A stretch of DNA of 64,000 nt from Eledone cirrhosa. Its lineage: Eukaryota. A model generated the notes under the pieces. The model saw only the letters and a program-made list of their open reading frames with translations, searched no databases and was not told where the DNA came from. Made by a program: the position numbers and the translations under genes. Below are positions 40,835 to 53,200 of the stretch, piece by piece; within the stretch, counting starts at the first letter, position 1; every line of letters starts with the position of its first letter. The stretch lies in the NCBI GenBank assembly GCA_964016885.1, contig OZ024754.1:17670001-17734000 (forward strand), in the 5' to 3' direction.

Positions 40835-40838
<4 letters not shown>
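38574..40838 (+). mobile_element. RTE-clade LINE, 5'-truncated, youngest-looking copy
   Basis: 550-aa uninterrupted RT ORF (38549..40201), one TGA at a Trp-adjacent Arg position, then 40205..40531 in the same frame. Long 3'UTR and (GAT)n tail. Confidence 0.95.
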
Positions 40839-40871
<33 letters not shown>

Positions 40872-41271
40872 ACAATCGCCTCCGATCAATGTGAGAAAGT
40901 TCTCCAGGAAAATTGACCAGGAATCTTTAAAAATCTTCCTACCGAAGTTAACAAAGAACTTACTAGATCTACCAAATCATGATATTATAAAATTAAATCA
41001 AATTGTTTAGAACTACAAGTGAAGTCATTCTTTTCCTTTTTTAAATATACCTAACTGTACCAAGTATTTCAAACATTTTCCAATATATATCATCATCATC
41101 ATCATTTTTACGTCTGCTTTTCCCTGCTTACAAGGGTGGGACGGGAACTGATTCTGGCTTGATTTCTATAGCTGGATGCTCTTCCTAACACCAACCTCAT
41201 TTACAGTGAGTGCTGGGTGCTTTTTAGCTGTGGCACCTCCACGACCACTTTGCAGTGGAATGATAGGGACT

Positions 41272-41405
41272 ACAGCTGAGTAAACTGGACTAATGTGAAA
41301 TAAAGTGTCTTGCTCAAGGAAACAATACATCACCCAGTCTGAGAATTGAACTCACAACCTTTCGATTGCAAGGCCAATGCTCTAACCACTAAGCCATGTG
41401 CCGCC
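41272..41405 (-). mobile_element. tRNA-derived CORE-type SINE (5' part)
   Basis: Reverse complement: GGCGGCACATGGCTTAGTGG (A box)...GAGTTCAATTC (B box)...TCCTTGAGCAAGACACTT (CORE-like). Confidence 0.8.
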
Positions 41406-41546
41406 ACATATATATATACACACAAACACACCCACACACACATATATATATATATATGTGTGTGTAAAAGGGAAATAGAAATAACAAAACAAACAGTACA
41501 ATACATAGAAGCAATATATTCATTTAACAAAATACCACAAAGAGAG

Positions 41547-41582
41547 TCTTAACATTTTGGATACTAGTCCTTCACCAGAAGA
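41547..41582 (-). ncRNA. Degenerate hammerhead motif
   Basis: Reverse complement TCTT-CTGGTGA-AGGA-CTAGTA-TCC-AAAA-TGT-TA-AGA has two core substitutions. Confidence 0.4.
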
Positions 41583-41835
41583 TAGAGTTAGAAATAGAAA
41601 ATATATAGAAAGTAAAGAGTGATAAGAGGGAAGGAATAGGTGGTGAAAATAAGGGGGAAAATGGGGCAGAAAAAAACACACATGCATATTCAGTTGGCCA
41701 TCTTGGAGATATATATATATATATGTATATATGATGATATTTTGACACCTCATCGCTACTTATATATATATAACAAGTAGTACATTCCTTTTGAAATTTT
41801 TTTTATCAATGTGTCTATCTTATCATTATATTTAC

Positions 41836-42015
41836 CTTGTAACATTCTTATCTGTTCAACCAATGCTTTACATTTGGTAATCTCTTCTTCATAGACATTT
41901 TGTATTTGAATTACTTCTCTCTGAGAAAACTTCTTTTCTACATCTTTTTCACTAAGACGTTGGGTAAAATTGTTCTTCATTTCAGCGTATTCTAATTCAT
42001 ATTTCCCTTTCATCT
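41836..42015 (-). CDS. Coiled-coil repeat exon (4th in transcription order), 180 nt, phase 1-1
   Basis: caaattgaAG|AG ATG AAA...TTA CAA G|GTaaat; encodes EMKGKYELEYAEMK...EQIRMLQ. Confidence 0.8.
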
Positions 42016-42655
42016 CTTCAATTTGTTTGTGAAAATATTCAAATAGAAATGAAATGTTTATGTTAGGTTAATATTTATTAGATGTCACTATAAATATTTT
42101 GTCAATATTGAATGAATAATGATGTCATTCTTGACTTAACTTTAGTAATATTACAACTTATTGATCTAGAAGTAATTTAATAATTTGTACCATCTATAAT
42201 GTTTTATGTTGAGTTAATATAAATTACTTACATCTAGATATATGTATGGTTGAGATAGTTGATGTCTCTTTTTATGTCTCTCTCTCATATCAAGGTTTTA
42301 GAAAAAAAAACTGAATATCTTTGTATTTCACATGTGTGGTACCTACATTTAAATGTGGTCTGGGAATATAGAAATTTGTCTTAATCCAATAATTCTGGTC
42401 TTTGGAGGAAAGACAACACTCAGAATATATAGGTACAGAGAAAAGATGTGGATCTTTTGTTCAAAAGTTTTAATAATATCTTAAGTTGAATTTTATGTAA
42501 AAAATATGTAGGACATCCACTGTTTAGGTAAAAGTCTAATCAACAGACATCATACTAAACATAGAAGTTAAACCCTGAGTTAAAACTACATTTTCACATA
42601 TCAATCCTCAGTTATTATTGTTTTCATTTGCTATGACATCATGATATTTATTTAC

Positions 42656-42835
42656 CTTCCAACCTCTTTATCTCTTCCTCCAATGATTTACATTTAGCAG
42701 TCTCTTCTTTATAGGCACTTTTTATTTTAATAATTTCTTCCTTGTAAGCCTTCACTTCCTCATCTTTGTTGATGAGATTTTCATTCACGCTTTTCTTCTT
42801 TTCACTGTGTTCCAGTTCAGTTTTTAGTTTCACCT
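42656..42835 (-). CDS. Coiled-coil repeat exon (3rd), 180 nt, phase 1-1
   Basis: caaattgaAG|AG GTG AAA...TTG GAA G|GTaaat; in-frame stop immediately after the donor. Confidence 0.8.
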
Positions 42836-43134
42836 CTTCAATTTGTTTTTTGAAAATATTCAAATAAAAGTTAAATGTTAACTTAAGAATGATTAGATAT
42901 ATGAATTTTAAAAGAATATTTTATGAATTATGTACACACATGCTCACACACACGTGCTCCATAAGACAAAAGAAAAACTTTATACCAACCCTTAGCTATT
43001 TCTAGCTCTTTTCATAATCCCTGAAGATAACTTGGACTTTGACTCAACCTAAATGCACACACATGCATACACACTACAAAACAACAAAATGCAATCTGGA
43101 CCATTATGATAAGAAAAAGAATTTTCTTTTTTAA

Positions 43135-43330
43135 TCCTTTAGTTACCAATCCGGCCAAAACCGGCTCTGATTCAATGAATGTATATATATAAATATGTAT
43201 TAAAATATTGATTAATACATAAAAGTATTAATCATATTGTCTGACAAAAGTAAAGGTTAGCCAATGTGTTAAAAATAGTTACTATTAAAACCTTAAGTCA
43301 GCTCTACTAATAGAAAATTTGAGAAATTTC
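43135..43330. mobile_element. Fragment of a TTAA-associated MITE (piggyBac-like end)
   Basis: TTAA-TCCTTTAGTTACCAATCCGGCCAAAACCGGC resembles the inverted end at 47884-47919. Confidence 0.45.
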
Positions 43331-43401
<71 letters not shown>

Positions 43402-43429
43402 ATATATATATATATATATATAATATATA

Positions 43430-43519
<90 letters not shown>

Positions 43520-43687
43520 AATGTGGTTGGTGTTAGGAAGGGCATCCAACTGTAGAAAACCTGCCAGACAGTCCTATGCGAGCAAGACAATCACTCTTGC
43601 CTCAAGTGGGAATACCCCCGTCCAAACCCATGCAAGCGTGGAACACGGACGTTAAACGTTGATGATGATGATGATGATGATGATATA

Positions 43688-46600
43688 CTAGCAGTTTAGC
43701 CCGGCGTTGCTCGGGTTTGTTCATTTGCTATGAAAAGTTACATACAGGTAAACGTGGCTTGAAAGCGAATAAGCTTATCAATTAAGTGCATAAAGCAGTT
43801 GAACCGGTTATTAAATCTTACGAACCAATAACCATTTTCGACAATCAATGATGGGTTAATAATCTTCCAATAGCGAATTTAGTAGACCAAAGTTGCAAAA
43901 TGGTGGCCCTGATGCCACTGGGTGTCAGATTTGTCCGTTATGGGTGACCCTACCAGGAAATAGTTTTCCAGACGGCATAGCTCCAACATCTCCAACACCT
44001 GCACCAACATCTATAGCACCTCTTTGTAGACGATATTACGTGTCATCCCTTGAGGAGTGTAAGCAAAAGGTCCATTGCTACATGGTAACAGGCGACATAA
44101 AGTTGACCATGGGAGAAGCATGGCTCCCCCAAATAGATGCCCGCCACCGACAATGTTTGCCCTTGTGACTTGGACATGGCAAAACATAGTCTCACCGGGA
44201 ATTGGGATCGGCGGGAATCAAATGGGATATCTGACGCCGAGGGGAAAAGGTTCATCCTTGGAATGAAAACATTCTCCCCTCTCCCGCACCCCGTTACAAT
44301 GGTGGCCTCAATCAACTGTGGCGTCAGTGACTTGACGACCATGCGAGTACCGTTGCACTGCTTTGGTGGGTACAAGTTCCTTATTAGCATAATGGGAGAG
44401 CCAACCCTAAGCTTAAGAATGTGAGGTGGAAGCCCTGGGGGCTTAAGGGAATTTAATAACTCAACCGGATAATTAATGATATCGTTGGGGTCTGACATCC
44501 GGTCGATAGATTTGAAGATGTGCTCTTTACTGGGAATCTTCTCAATCCACTGCTCGTTAATAAAATTAACCATGGTATTTTTTGGAGCAAGGATGGCTCT
44601 TTCGCTGAGCCAATCGAGGTTTTTAAAGTTAGATGAGACATTAGGAAAAACTGCTTCCCAAAAGTCAGAAGGGATGCTCACAATGTTGCACAGGGAGTCG
44701 ATTGCTATGCCACCCTTGTCATCCGCAGGGACCTTTCCCTCACCAAGTGCTAAAATGTTCTGAGCAAATGCTGCAGACATGTTGTGACCATGCAAATGAG
44801 CACGCATATTTGTGCCCAGGTACAAACTCTTCACCTGGAGCCACAATATGGACGACTTAAGGCAGGCACGCACTTCATCAGCTTTTGTCCCTTTGGGGAT
44901 GACAGGCAGCGTTTGCCAAAAATCCCCTGATAGCAGAAGGGTTACACCACCCATAGGAGCCGTAGAATCCCTAATGTCTTTCAGGGTACTGTCCAATGCC
45001 TCAAGGGCACCCTTGTGTGCCATTGCGCACTCATCCCAAACAATGGGGCAACATTTTTTGAGAACCAGAGCTTCGTGTGAACTCTTGCTGATATTGCATG
45101 TTGGTGTCTCAGTTTTTATTAAATCCAAGGGGTGTTTAAAGGTTGAATGTGCTGTCCTACCTCCCGGCAGCAAAGTAGCAGCGATCCCGGACAATGCAAC
45201 GGCCAACGCAATTTTTTTCTCCTGATGAATCTTAGCGAGAATCAATTTCGTTACAAAAGTTTTTCCGGTACCCCCAAGAGCATCGAGAAAGTAAATACCC
45301 CCAGTCTGATTTTGAACCGCGTCAATGATAGTTAAATAGGCCAACCTTTGGTCCGACAGAAGTTTGGGCTCATTTTCCTCTAAGTATTGGGAAAGAGATT
45401 CGATGTCATATGCTGTTTCTCGCAACAAATCCGGGGCCAACGTATTAACTTCCTCTCTGACGGTTGACGGCAAGCCATACGTCACCACTCACTCCGACCC
45501 ATGTCGAGGAGGGTGTCCTCGATATCAATGAGTGCTCTGTTGTAGATAATGTCGCTGTAACCAACTTCCACTGAAGGATACTGCAGATGAGCCAGGTGCA
45601 GGAAGTCCTCAGACATGAAGTCTCTGTACTTAACCCATAAAGACTTTTGATTACCCAATTCACACTTTTGAAGCAAAATGGCAAAGAGTTCCCGTAGACC
45701 TTTAGGTGATTTCAACAAAGCACCCTCTGCTAAAGTGGAATCCCATTGCGAATCATCTTCCAAAAGACCACGCTTAAAGCAGGCTTCCCGGTACGTATCA
45801 CATATTTCTCCATTAACAGTTTTGAGGTCCTGAAAACTTTGTGGGCCTACAACTTCATGCAGAAGAAGGCAGAGATGAAAGCAGTCATGCTGACTTGGGG
45901 GCACAGTGTAAACCCTTCCAAGACAGCTGTCAAATTTTACACCAGGATTTCTTTCAACAGCCTGAGCTGACTTTCTTCACACCCAAGTATTTTTCGACCA
46001 TATAAAGTAGGATGGAACCTGGGGGTACACAATTGTTTGCGCAAATGTATTGAACTGGCAAAGTTTGAGAAACACGTCAGAGTGGTCTCTTTCGGATCGG
46101 TGGCCAACTTGGCGGCGGTTTGGTCCGTAAAGTAAACCCTTTGCCCATTTTCCAAGTGTACCGCAAGCTGTATGATGGTGGGGTGCCGTTGGTGTAGGGG
46201 TAAACCAAATAGGCGCCAAAAAGCTTCATTGCTACTGATGTACCACCTCGCCAGGTATTCTGTAACTAGTCCCTGCTATTTTCAGCTTGAAATGCGAACA
46301 TTGCGGCATCAGAGCCCTTATTTACATATTTGCATATGTATTTTATTGACTTGATGGAGTTGCGAAACTCAACGTTGATGTAGGCGTTGAACATCTTCAA
46401 GAGAAGTGGGCAGTAAGGGACCACCCATCTATTGTCAACTTGACCTCTCCTTTACTGTTGTGGTGAAGCCACTGTTCTCGGGCTGTCTCCGCCTGTACAG
46501 GGGGTACCCATCGCCACCAGTCTGAGTCTGGTCAACAAATTTTTGGGGGTATCCCTTACTGCACGACCCCCCCCCCCTTTCAGACACGTGTGATGCTCAT

Positions 46601-47406
46601 TAGGACCCGATGCACACGGACCATGAATCATGTTACCTTTGACGATGTCATGTAATTCCTGGTCAGTTTCTGGGTTAGGGATTTCAGCCGAAATGAAGCT
46701 GTCTATGGCATTTGAATTGATTTTATCAGCTAACCAAATCAAAATGTGAGCATGTGGCAGCCCTCGTTTTTGCCATTCGACGGTGAACATGTCACATTTT
46801 ACAGCCCCAAATACCTGACCCTTTTTGATTAAAGCCATGAGTTTAGCCAGTTTCAGTCTGAACACTCTGGCAATGAGGTCATGTCTGTTCGAATAATTTT
46901 GCCCAGGAAAAAGTTCACAGGTTACATTCCGATTCATGTGTCTATAGCATTAATCTGTTATATGAAGTGTTATTTTGCGGGTTGTTATTTGCAATAAGCC
47001 GATTGAAAATGCCCCAGATAAGCCGTATGTCAATACAGAACGCTCCACTGCAGTGTTGTCATATAGGGAGTGAAGAGCGACAAAGAGAGTAAAGCAGTTA
47101 AATTATAGAGAGAGGGAATATACGGAATGCTCCATTTGATCATACACATTCTTTCTCTCTCTGCAGTGTTGTCATATAGGGAGTGAAGAGCGACAGAGAG
47201 AGTAAAGCAGTTAAATTATAGAGAGGGGGAATGATCATGATAGATTTTTGCCCTTATTGTTGATGGATTTGAAATTTTTTTGCTTCATGACCTTTTCTTG
47301 ACCAAAAGCAATAATTGTCCAGACTTTGTATAGAATCCGTTGGAAATTGTGGACGTGAATCCGTTACAAACCTTAACACACACATCCTCAGATTTATATA
47401 TATAGA
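43688..47406 (-). mobile_element. Helitron (internally deleted, degenerate RepHel) with both termini
   Basis: 5' TC at 47406. 3' hairpin CCCGAGCAACGCCGGG plus CTAG at 43688. Inserted between A and T. Rep motif VEWQKRGLPHAHILIW and PIF1 helicase motifs. Confidence 0.95.
44043..45488 (-). pseudogene. Helitron PIF1-like SF1 helicase domain
   Basis: FLDALGGTGKTF, IVWDECAM, LSGDFWQTLPV, QFPVRLCFAM, KSQGQTL, FSHGQLYVA; frameshifted before the terminal TRNIVYKEVL*. Confidence 0.92.
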
Positions 47407-47420
47407 TATATATATATCAA

Positions 47421-47509
47421 GTTTAATATAGAAATGGCTTCTACAGGACTAGAACTGTTTTAATTGAATGAAACAGTTCTAGTACTGTAGAAGCCATTTC
47501 TATATAAAC
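47421..47509. repeat. Short palindrome (~40-bp arms)
   Basis: TATAGAAATGGCTTCTACAGGACTAGAACTGTTT / AAACAGTTCTAGTACTGTAGAAGCCATTTCTATA. Confidence 0.9.
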
Positions 47510-47915
47510 CCTTTAGAATTTATATTACTCTATATATACTTTTGTATTCTTTATCTTACATAATATCTCAAATAATATTGAATTTACGAGATTTTGATGT
47601 TATTTATTTTGAGAACAATACCTTAACATCAGTATGAGCAGCCAGTTTGAACAGAAAGAGATGAGAGAATTCTGGCCGTATATGGCCGGTTTACATTACA
47701 CTATATTCACATTACTCTATATATACTATTATATTTTCATGGTAAAGGCTTTACCTCATATAATTATCTCACATAATATCGAATCTATGAGATTTTGCAA
47801 GTATTTATTTTGAGAACAATATGTTAACATCAGTTTGAGCGACCAGTTACAGTCAGTTTCAACAGAAAGAGGTAGAGAATTCTGGCCGGTTTTGGCCGGT
47901 TTGAACACTAAAGGG
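47509..47915. mobile_element. piggyBac-like MITE with internal ~190-bp tandem duplication
   Basis: TAAA|CCCTTTAG...CTAAAGGG|TTAA termini; 47524-47695 is repeated at 47711-47905. Confidence 0.65.
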
Positions 47916-48074
47916 TTAAACTTTGTGTTTACACTCTACTAAAGTATTGAGTACTTTACTTGCTGTGGCTACCCCCAATTGAATCTGGGATTCACATACA
48001 TATATCATTACAAAAGTAAATGCATTCCTTTTGTTAACTTATATTCAATGGCTTTGTCTTATTATTATATTTAC

Positions 48075-48254
48075 CTTCCATCCTTTTTATCTGTTCCTCC
48101 AGTGAATCACATTTGGAAAGTTTTTCTTCATAACCACTTTGTAATTTAACCACTTCTTTCTTCGAAGCCTTCACTTCTTCATCGTTTTCTCTGAGATGTT
48201 TCTTCAGTTCTTTCTTCGTTTCATCATATTCCAATCCACCTTTTGCTTTCATCT
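48075..48254 (-). CDS. Coiled-coil repeat exon (2nd), 180 nt, phase 1-1
   Basis: caaattgaAG|AG ATG AAA...ATG GAA G|GTaaat. Confidence 0.8.
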
Positions 48255-48634
48255 CTTCAATTTGTTTTTGAAAATATTCAAATAAAATGAAATGTTATGT
48301 TAGGCTAATATTTATTAGATGTCATTATAAATATTTTGTCAATATTGAATGAATAATGATGTCAATCTTGACTTAACTTTAGTAATATTACAACTTATTG
48401 ATTTAGGAAGTAATTTAATAATTTGTACCATCTATAATGTTTTATGTTGAGTTAATATAAATTACTTACATCTAGATATATGTATGGTTGAGATAGTTGA
48501 TGTCTCTTTTTATGTCTCTCTCTCATATCGAGGTTTTAGAAGAAAAAAAACTGAATATTTTTGTATTTCACATGTGTGGTACCTACATTTAAATGAGGTC
48601 TGGGAATATAGAAATTTGTCTTAATCCAAGAATT

Positions 48635-49666
48635 TTTGTTTGTGGCATATATTAATGACATAGATGCCAACTTAAAGAATGCCACAGTACTAAAGTACGC
48701 AGATGACATCAAGCTGTACCTTGAGATAAAAAGGACAGATCCTGAACACTATAGATCTTGCTTGCAGTGTGACCTGGACACAATGCAACAATAGATCTCA
48801 GACCGCAACTCAAGCTAGCTGTGGACAAGTGCACCACCATGCATTTTGGGAGTAAAAACCCAGCGCCCACAAACTCCCTCCACAGCACTAATATCAAGAA
48901 GTCTTCTTGTGAATCTGACCTGGGCATTATGGTCAGCAGCGATTTGCGTTGGACGAAGCACGTCTCTAAAATTGTCAAGAGGGCTGAGGGTATCTTAGCA
49001 TCACTCAGCAAGATCTTTGTCAGCCGCTCTCCAGCTATCTATTTAAGGCTGTACATGGCTATGGTGCGGCCACACTTAGAATTTGCATCACCAGTCTGGA
49101 ACCCCTATCTTGCTCAGAACATTGACCGCCTGGAAACTGTTCAGAGACGTGCAACCAAGCGAATACCCTCCATCAGGCATCTACCATATTCTGAGCGCCT
49201 TGCTTCCCTGGCATGGATACATTGAAGCTCCGACACCTGGCAACTGACTTGGTAAACACCCACAAAATTGTTAACCATCTTGCCAACAACAACCCTGAGT
49301 ACCCTTTTGATTTCCATGTGTCTAACACACGTGGACATGCCCACAAAGTCAGAAAACAGCACAGTTCCCATGACTTTCGGAAACATTTTTTCATGCTCAT
49401 AGTTGCTGAAGCATGGAACAAACTACCTGCATCAGTTGTTAGCTGTCGAGACACTGCATCCTTTAAAACCTCCATGCTTCCTGAGATTCGCCAACACTAC
49501 ACCTAATGTTCCCCCTCCATACACATACACACATGTATATCATGACTCATACACTATTCACTTCCCTGACATTTGTATATTATTTTATGTACTATACATG
49601 CACCTTTGATGAGTTGTAGTGTACCTGAGCACTTTACACAATCATTTTATTATTATTATTATTATT
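48635..49666 (+). mobile_element. CR1-group LINE 3' fragment
   Basis: YINDID..KYADDIKL, SDLGI, VRPHLEFASPVWNPY, LETVQRRATK and an (ATT)n tail. The empty site is preserved in the paralogous intron at ~42390. Confidence 0.92.
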
Positions 49667-49943
49667 AATTCTGGTCTTTGGAGGAAAGACAACACTCAGA
49701 ATATATAGGTACAGAGAAAAGATGTGGATCTTTTGTTCAAAAGTATCAATAATATCTTTAGGAGTTGAATTTTATGTAGAAAATATGTTGGATATCCACT
49801 GTTTGGGTAAAAGTCTAATCAACAGACATCATACTAAACATAGAAGTTAAACCCTGACTAAACTACATTTTCACATGTCAATCCTCAGTTAAACTCTTCC
49901 AGGTAATTTTTGTTTTCATTTGCTATGACACCATTATATTTAC

Positions 49944-50123
49944 CTTTCAAACTGTTTATCTCTTCCTCCAATGATTTCCATTTATCAATCTCTTCTAAAT
50001 AGGCACATTTTAATTTATTTACTTCTTCCTTCGAAGACTTCACTTCCTCATCTTTTTCTCTGAGACGTTCCATCAGATCTTTCTTTATTTCACTGTATTC
50101 CAATTCAGCATTTACTTTCAAAT
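49944..50123 (-). CDS. Coiled-coil repeat exon (1st visible), 180 nt, phase 1-1
   Basis: tgaattgaAG|AT TTG AAA...TTG AAA G|GTaaat; an in-frame TGA just upstream fixes the acceptor position. Confidence 0.8.
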
Positions 50124-50273
50124 CTTCAATTCATTTTTGAAAACATTCAAATAAACATGAAATGTGACGTTAGCAGGGATAAGATATCAGATAAATATCT
50201 TTTTCATAGTGTATGAATTAGGACTTTATTTAATTTATTTTTATTTCTCATAGATATAATGTAAACTACGAAC

Positions 50274-53200
50274 ACACACACACAGACATACACAGACATA
50301 CACAGACATATACAGACATATACAGACATACACAGATATACACAGATACACACAGACATACACAGACATACACAGACATACACAGACATATACAGACATA
50401 TACAGACATACACAGATATACACAGACATACACAGACATACACAGACATATACAGAGATATACAGATATACACAGACATACACAGACATATACAGACATA
50501 TACAGACATATACAGACATACACAGACATATACAGACATACACAGACATACACAGACATATACAGACATACACAGATATACACAGACATACACAGACATA
50601 TACAGACATATACAGATATATACAGACATATACAGACATACACAGACATACAAAGACATATACAGACATACACATACACACACAGACATATACAGACATA
50701 CAAAGACATATACAGACATACACAGATATACACAGACATATACAGACATATACAGACATACACAGACATATACAGACATATACAGATATACACAGACATA
50801 CACAGACATACACAGACATATACAGACATACACAGACATACACAGACATATACAGACATACACAGACATATACAGACATACACAGACATACACAGATATA
50901 CACAGATATATACAGACATACACAGACATATACAGACATACACAGACATATACAGACATATACAGACATACACAGACATACACAGACATACACAGACATA
51001 TACAGACATACACAGACATACACAGACATATACAGACATACACAGGCATATACAGACATATACAGACATACACAGACATACACAGACATACACAGACATA
51101 CACAGATATACACAGATATATACAGACATACACAGACATACACAGACATACACAGACATACACAGACATATACAGACATACACAGACATACACAGATATA
51201 CACAGATATATACAGACATACACAGACATACACAGACATACACAGACATACACAGACATATACAGACATACACAGACGTACACAGACATCCACAGACATA
51301 TACAGACATACACAGACATATACAGACATACACAGACATACACAGACATACACATACATATACAGACATACACATACATACGCAGACACACACAGACATA
51401 CACAGATATACACAGATATATATACAGACATACACAGACATACACAGACATACACAGACATATACAGACATATACAGACATACACAGACATCCACAGACA
51501 TATACAGACACACACAGACATACACAGACATACACAGATATACACAGAGACACAGACACACACAGACATACACAGACATATACAGACATACACAGACACA
51601 CACGGACATACACAGACATGCACAGATATACACAGATATACACAGACATACACAGACAAACACAGATATACACAGACATACACAGACATATACAGACATA
51701 CACATACATATGCAGACACACACAGACATACACAGACACACACAGACATACACAGACATACACAGATATACACAGAGACACAGACACACACAGACATACA
51801 CAGACACACACAGACACACACAGATATACACAGATATACACAGATATACACAGACACACACAGAGACACACAGGCATACACAGACATACACAGACATACA
51901 CATACATATACAGACATATACAGACATACACAGACATATACAGACATACACAGACATACACAGACATACACAGACATACACAGACATACACAGACATACA
52001 CAGAGATACACAGACATATACAGACATACACAGACATACACAGATATACACAGATATACACAGACATATACAGACATATACAGACATACACAGACATACA
52101 CAGACATATACAGACATACACAGACATACACAGACATATACAGACATACACAGACATAGACAGACATACACAGACATACACAGATATAAACAGACATACA
52201 CAGATATACACAGACATATACAGACATATACAGACATACACAGACATACACGGACAAATACAGACATATACAGACATATACAGACATATACAGACATACA
52301 CAGACATACACAGACATACACAGACATACACAGATATATACAGACATACACAGATATACACAGACATATACAGATATATACAGATATACACAGATATATA
52401 CAGACATACACAGATATACACAGACATACACAGACACACACAGATATATACAGACATATACAGACATACACAGTCATACATAGACATATACAGACATATA
52501 CAGGCATATACAGACATACACAGACATACACAGACATACACAGACATATACAGACATATACAGACATACACAGATATATACAGACATACACAGACATATA
52601 CAGACATACACAGACATACACAGACATATACAGACATACACAGACATATACAGACATATACAGACATACACAGACATACACAGACATACACAGACATACA
52701 CAGATATACACAGATATATACAGACATACACAGACATACACAGACATACACAGACATATACAGACATACACATACATACGCAGACACACACAGACATACA
52801 CAGACACACACAGACATACACAGACATACACAGATATACACAGAGACACAGACACACACATACATACACAGACATATACAGACATACACAGACATACATA
52901 GACACACACAGACATACACAGACATACACAGATATACACAGAGACACAGACACACACAGACATACACAGACATACAGACATACACAGACACACACAGACA
53001 TACACAGACATACACAGATATACACAGATATACACAGACATACACAGACAAACACAGATATACACAGATATACACAGACATACACAGACACACACAGACA
53101 CACACAGATATACACAGATATACACAGATATACACAGACACACACAGAGACACACAGACATACACAGACATACACAGACATACACAGACATACACAGACA

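Noticed and set aside
41330-41405. tRNA gene
   Set aside because: A and B boxes are present, but there is no proper acceptor stem and it runs into a CORE-like SINE body.
42026-42036. TTTTCAA/TTTTCAC as an acceptor created by A-to-I editing or a U12 AC end
   Set aside because: It gives inconsistent phases among copies and would include a TGA in the 50.1-kb copy. The downstream AAG gives 180 nt and phase 1 in all four.
43135-47915. One large piggyBac element enclosing the Helitron
   Set aside because: 47509-47915 has its own left end (CCCTTTAG), so two separate MITEs are at least as likely.
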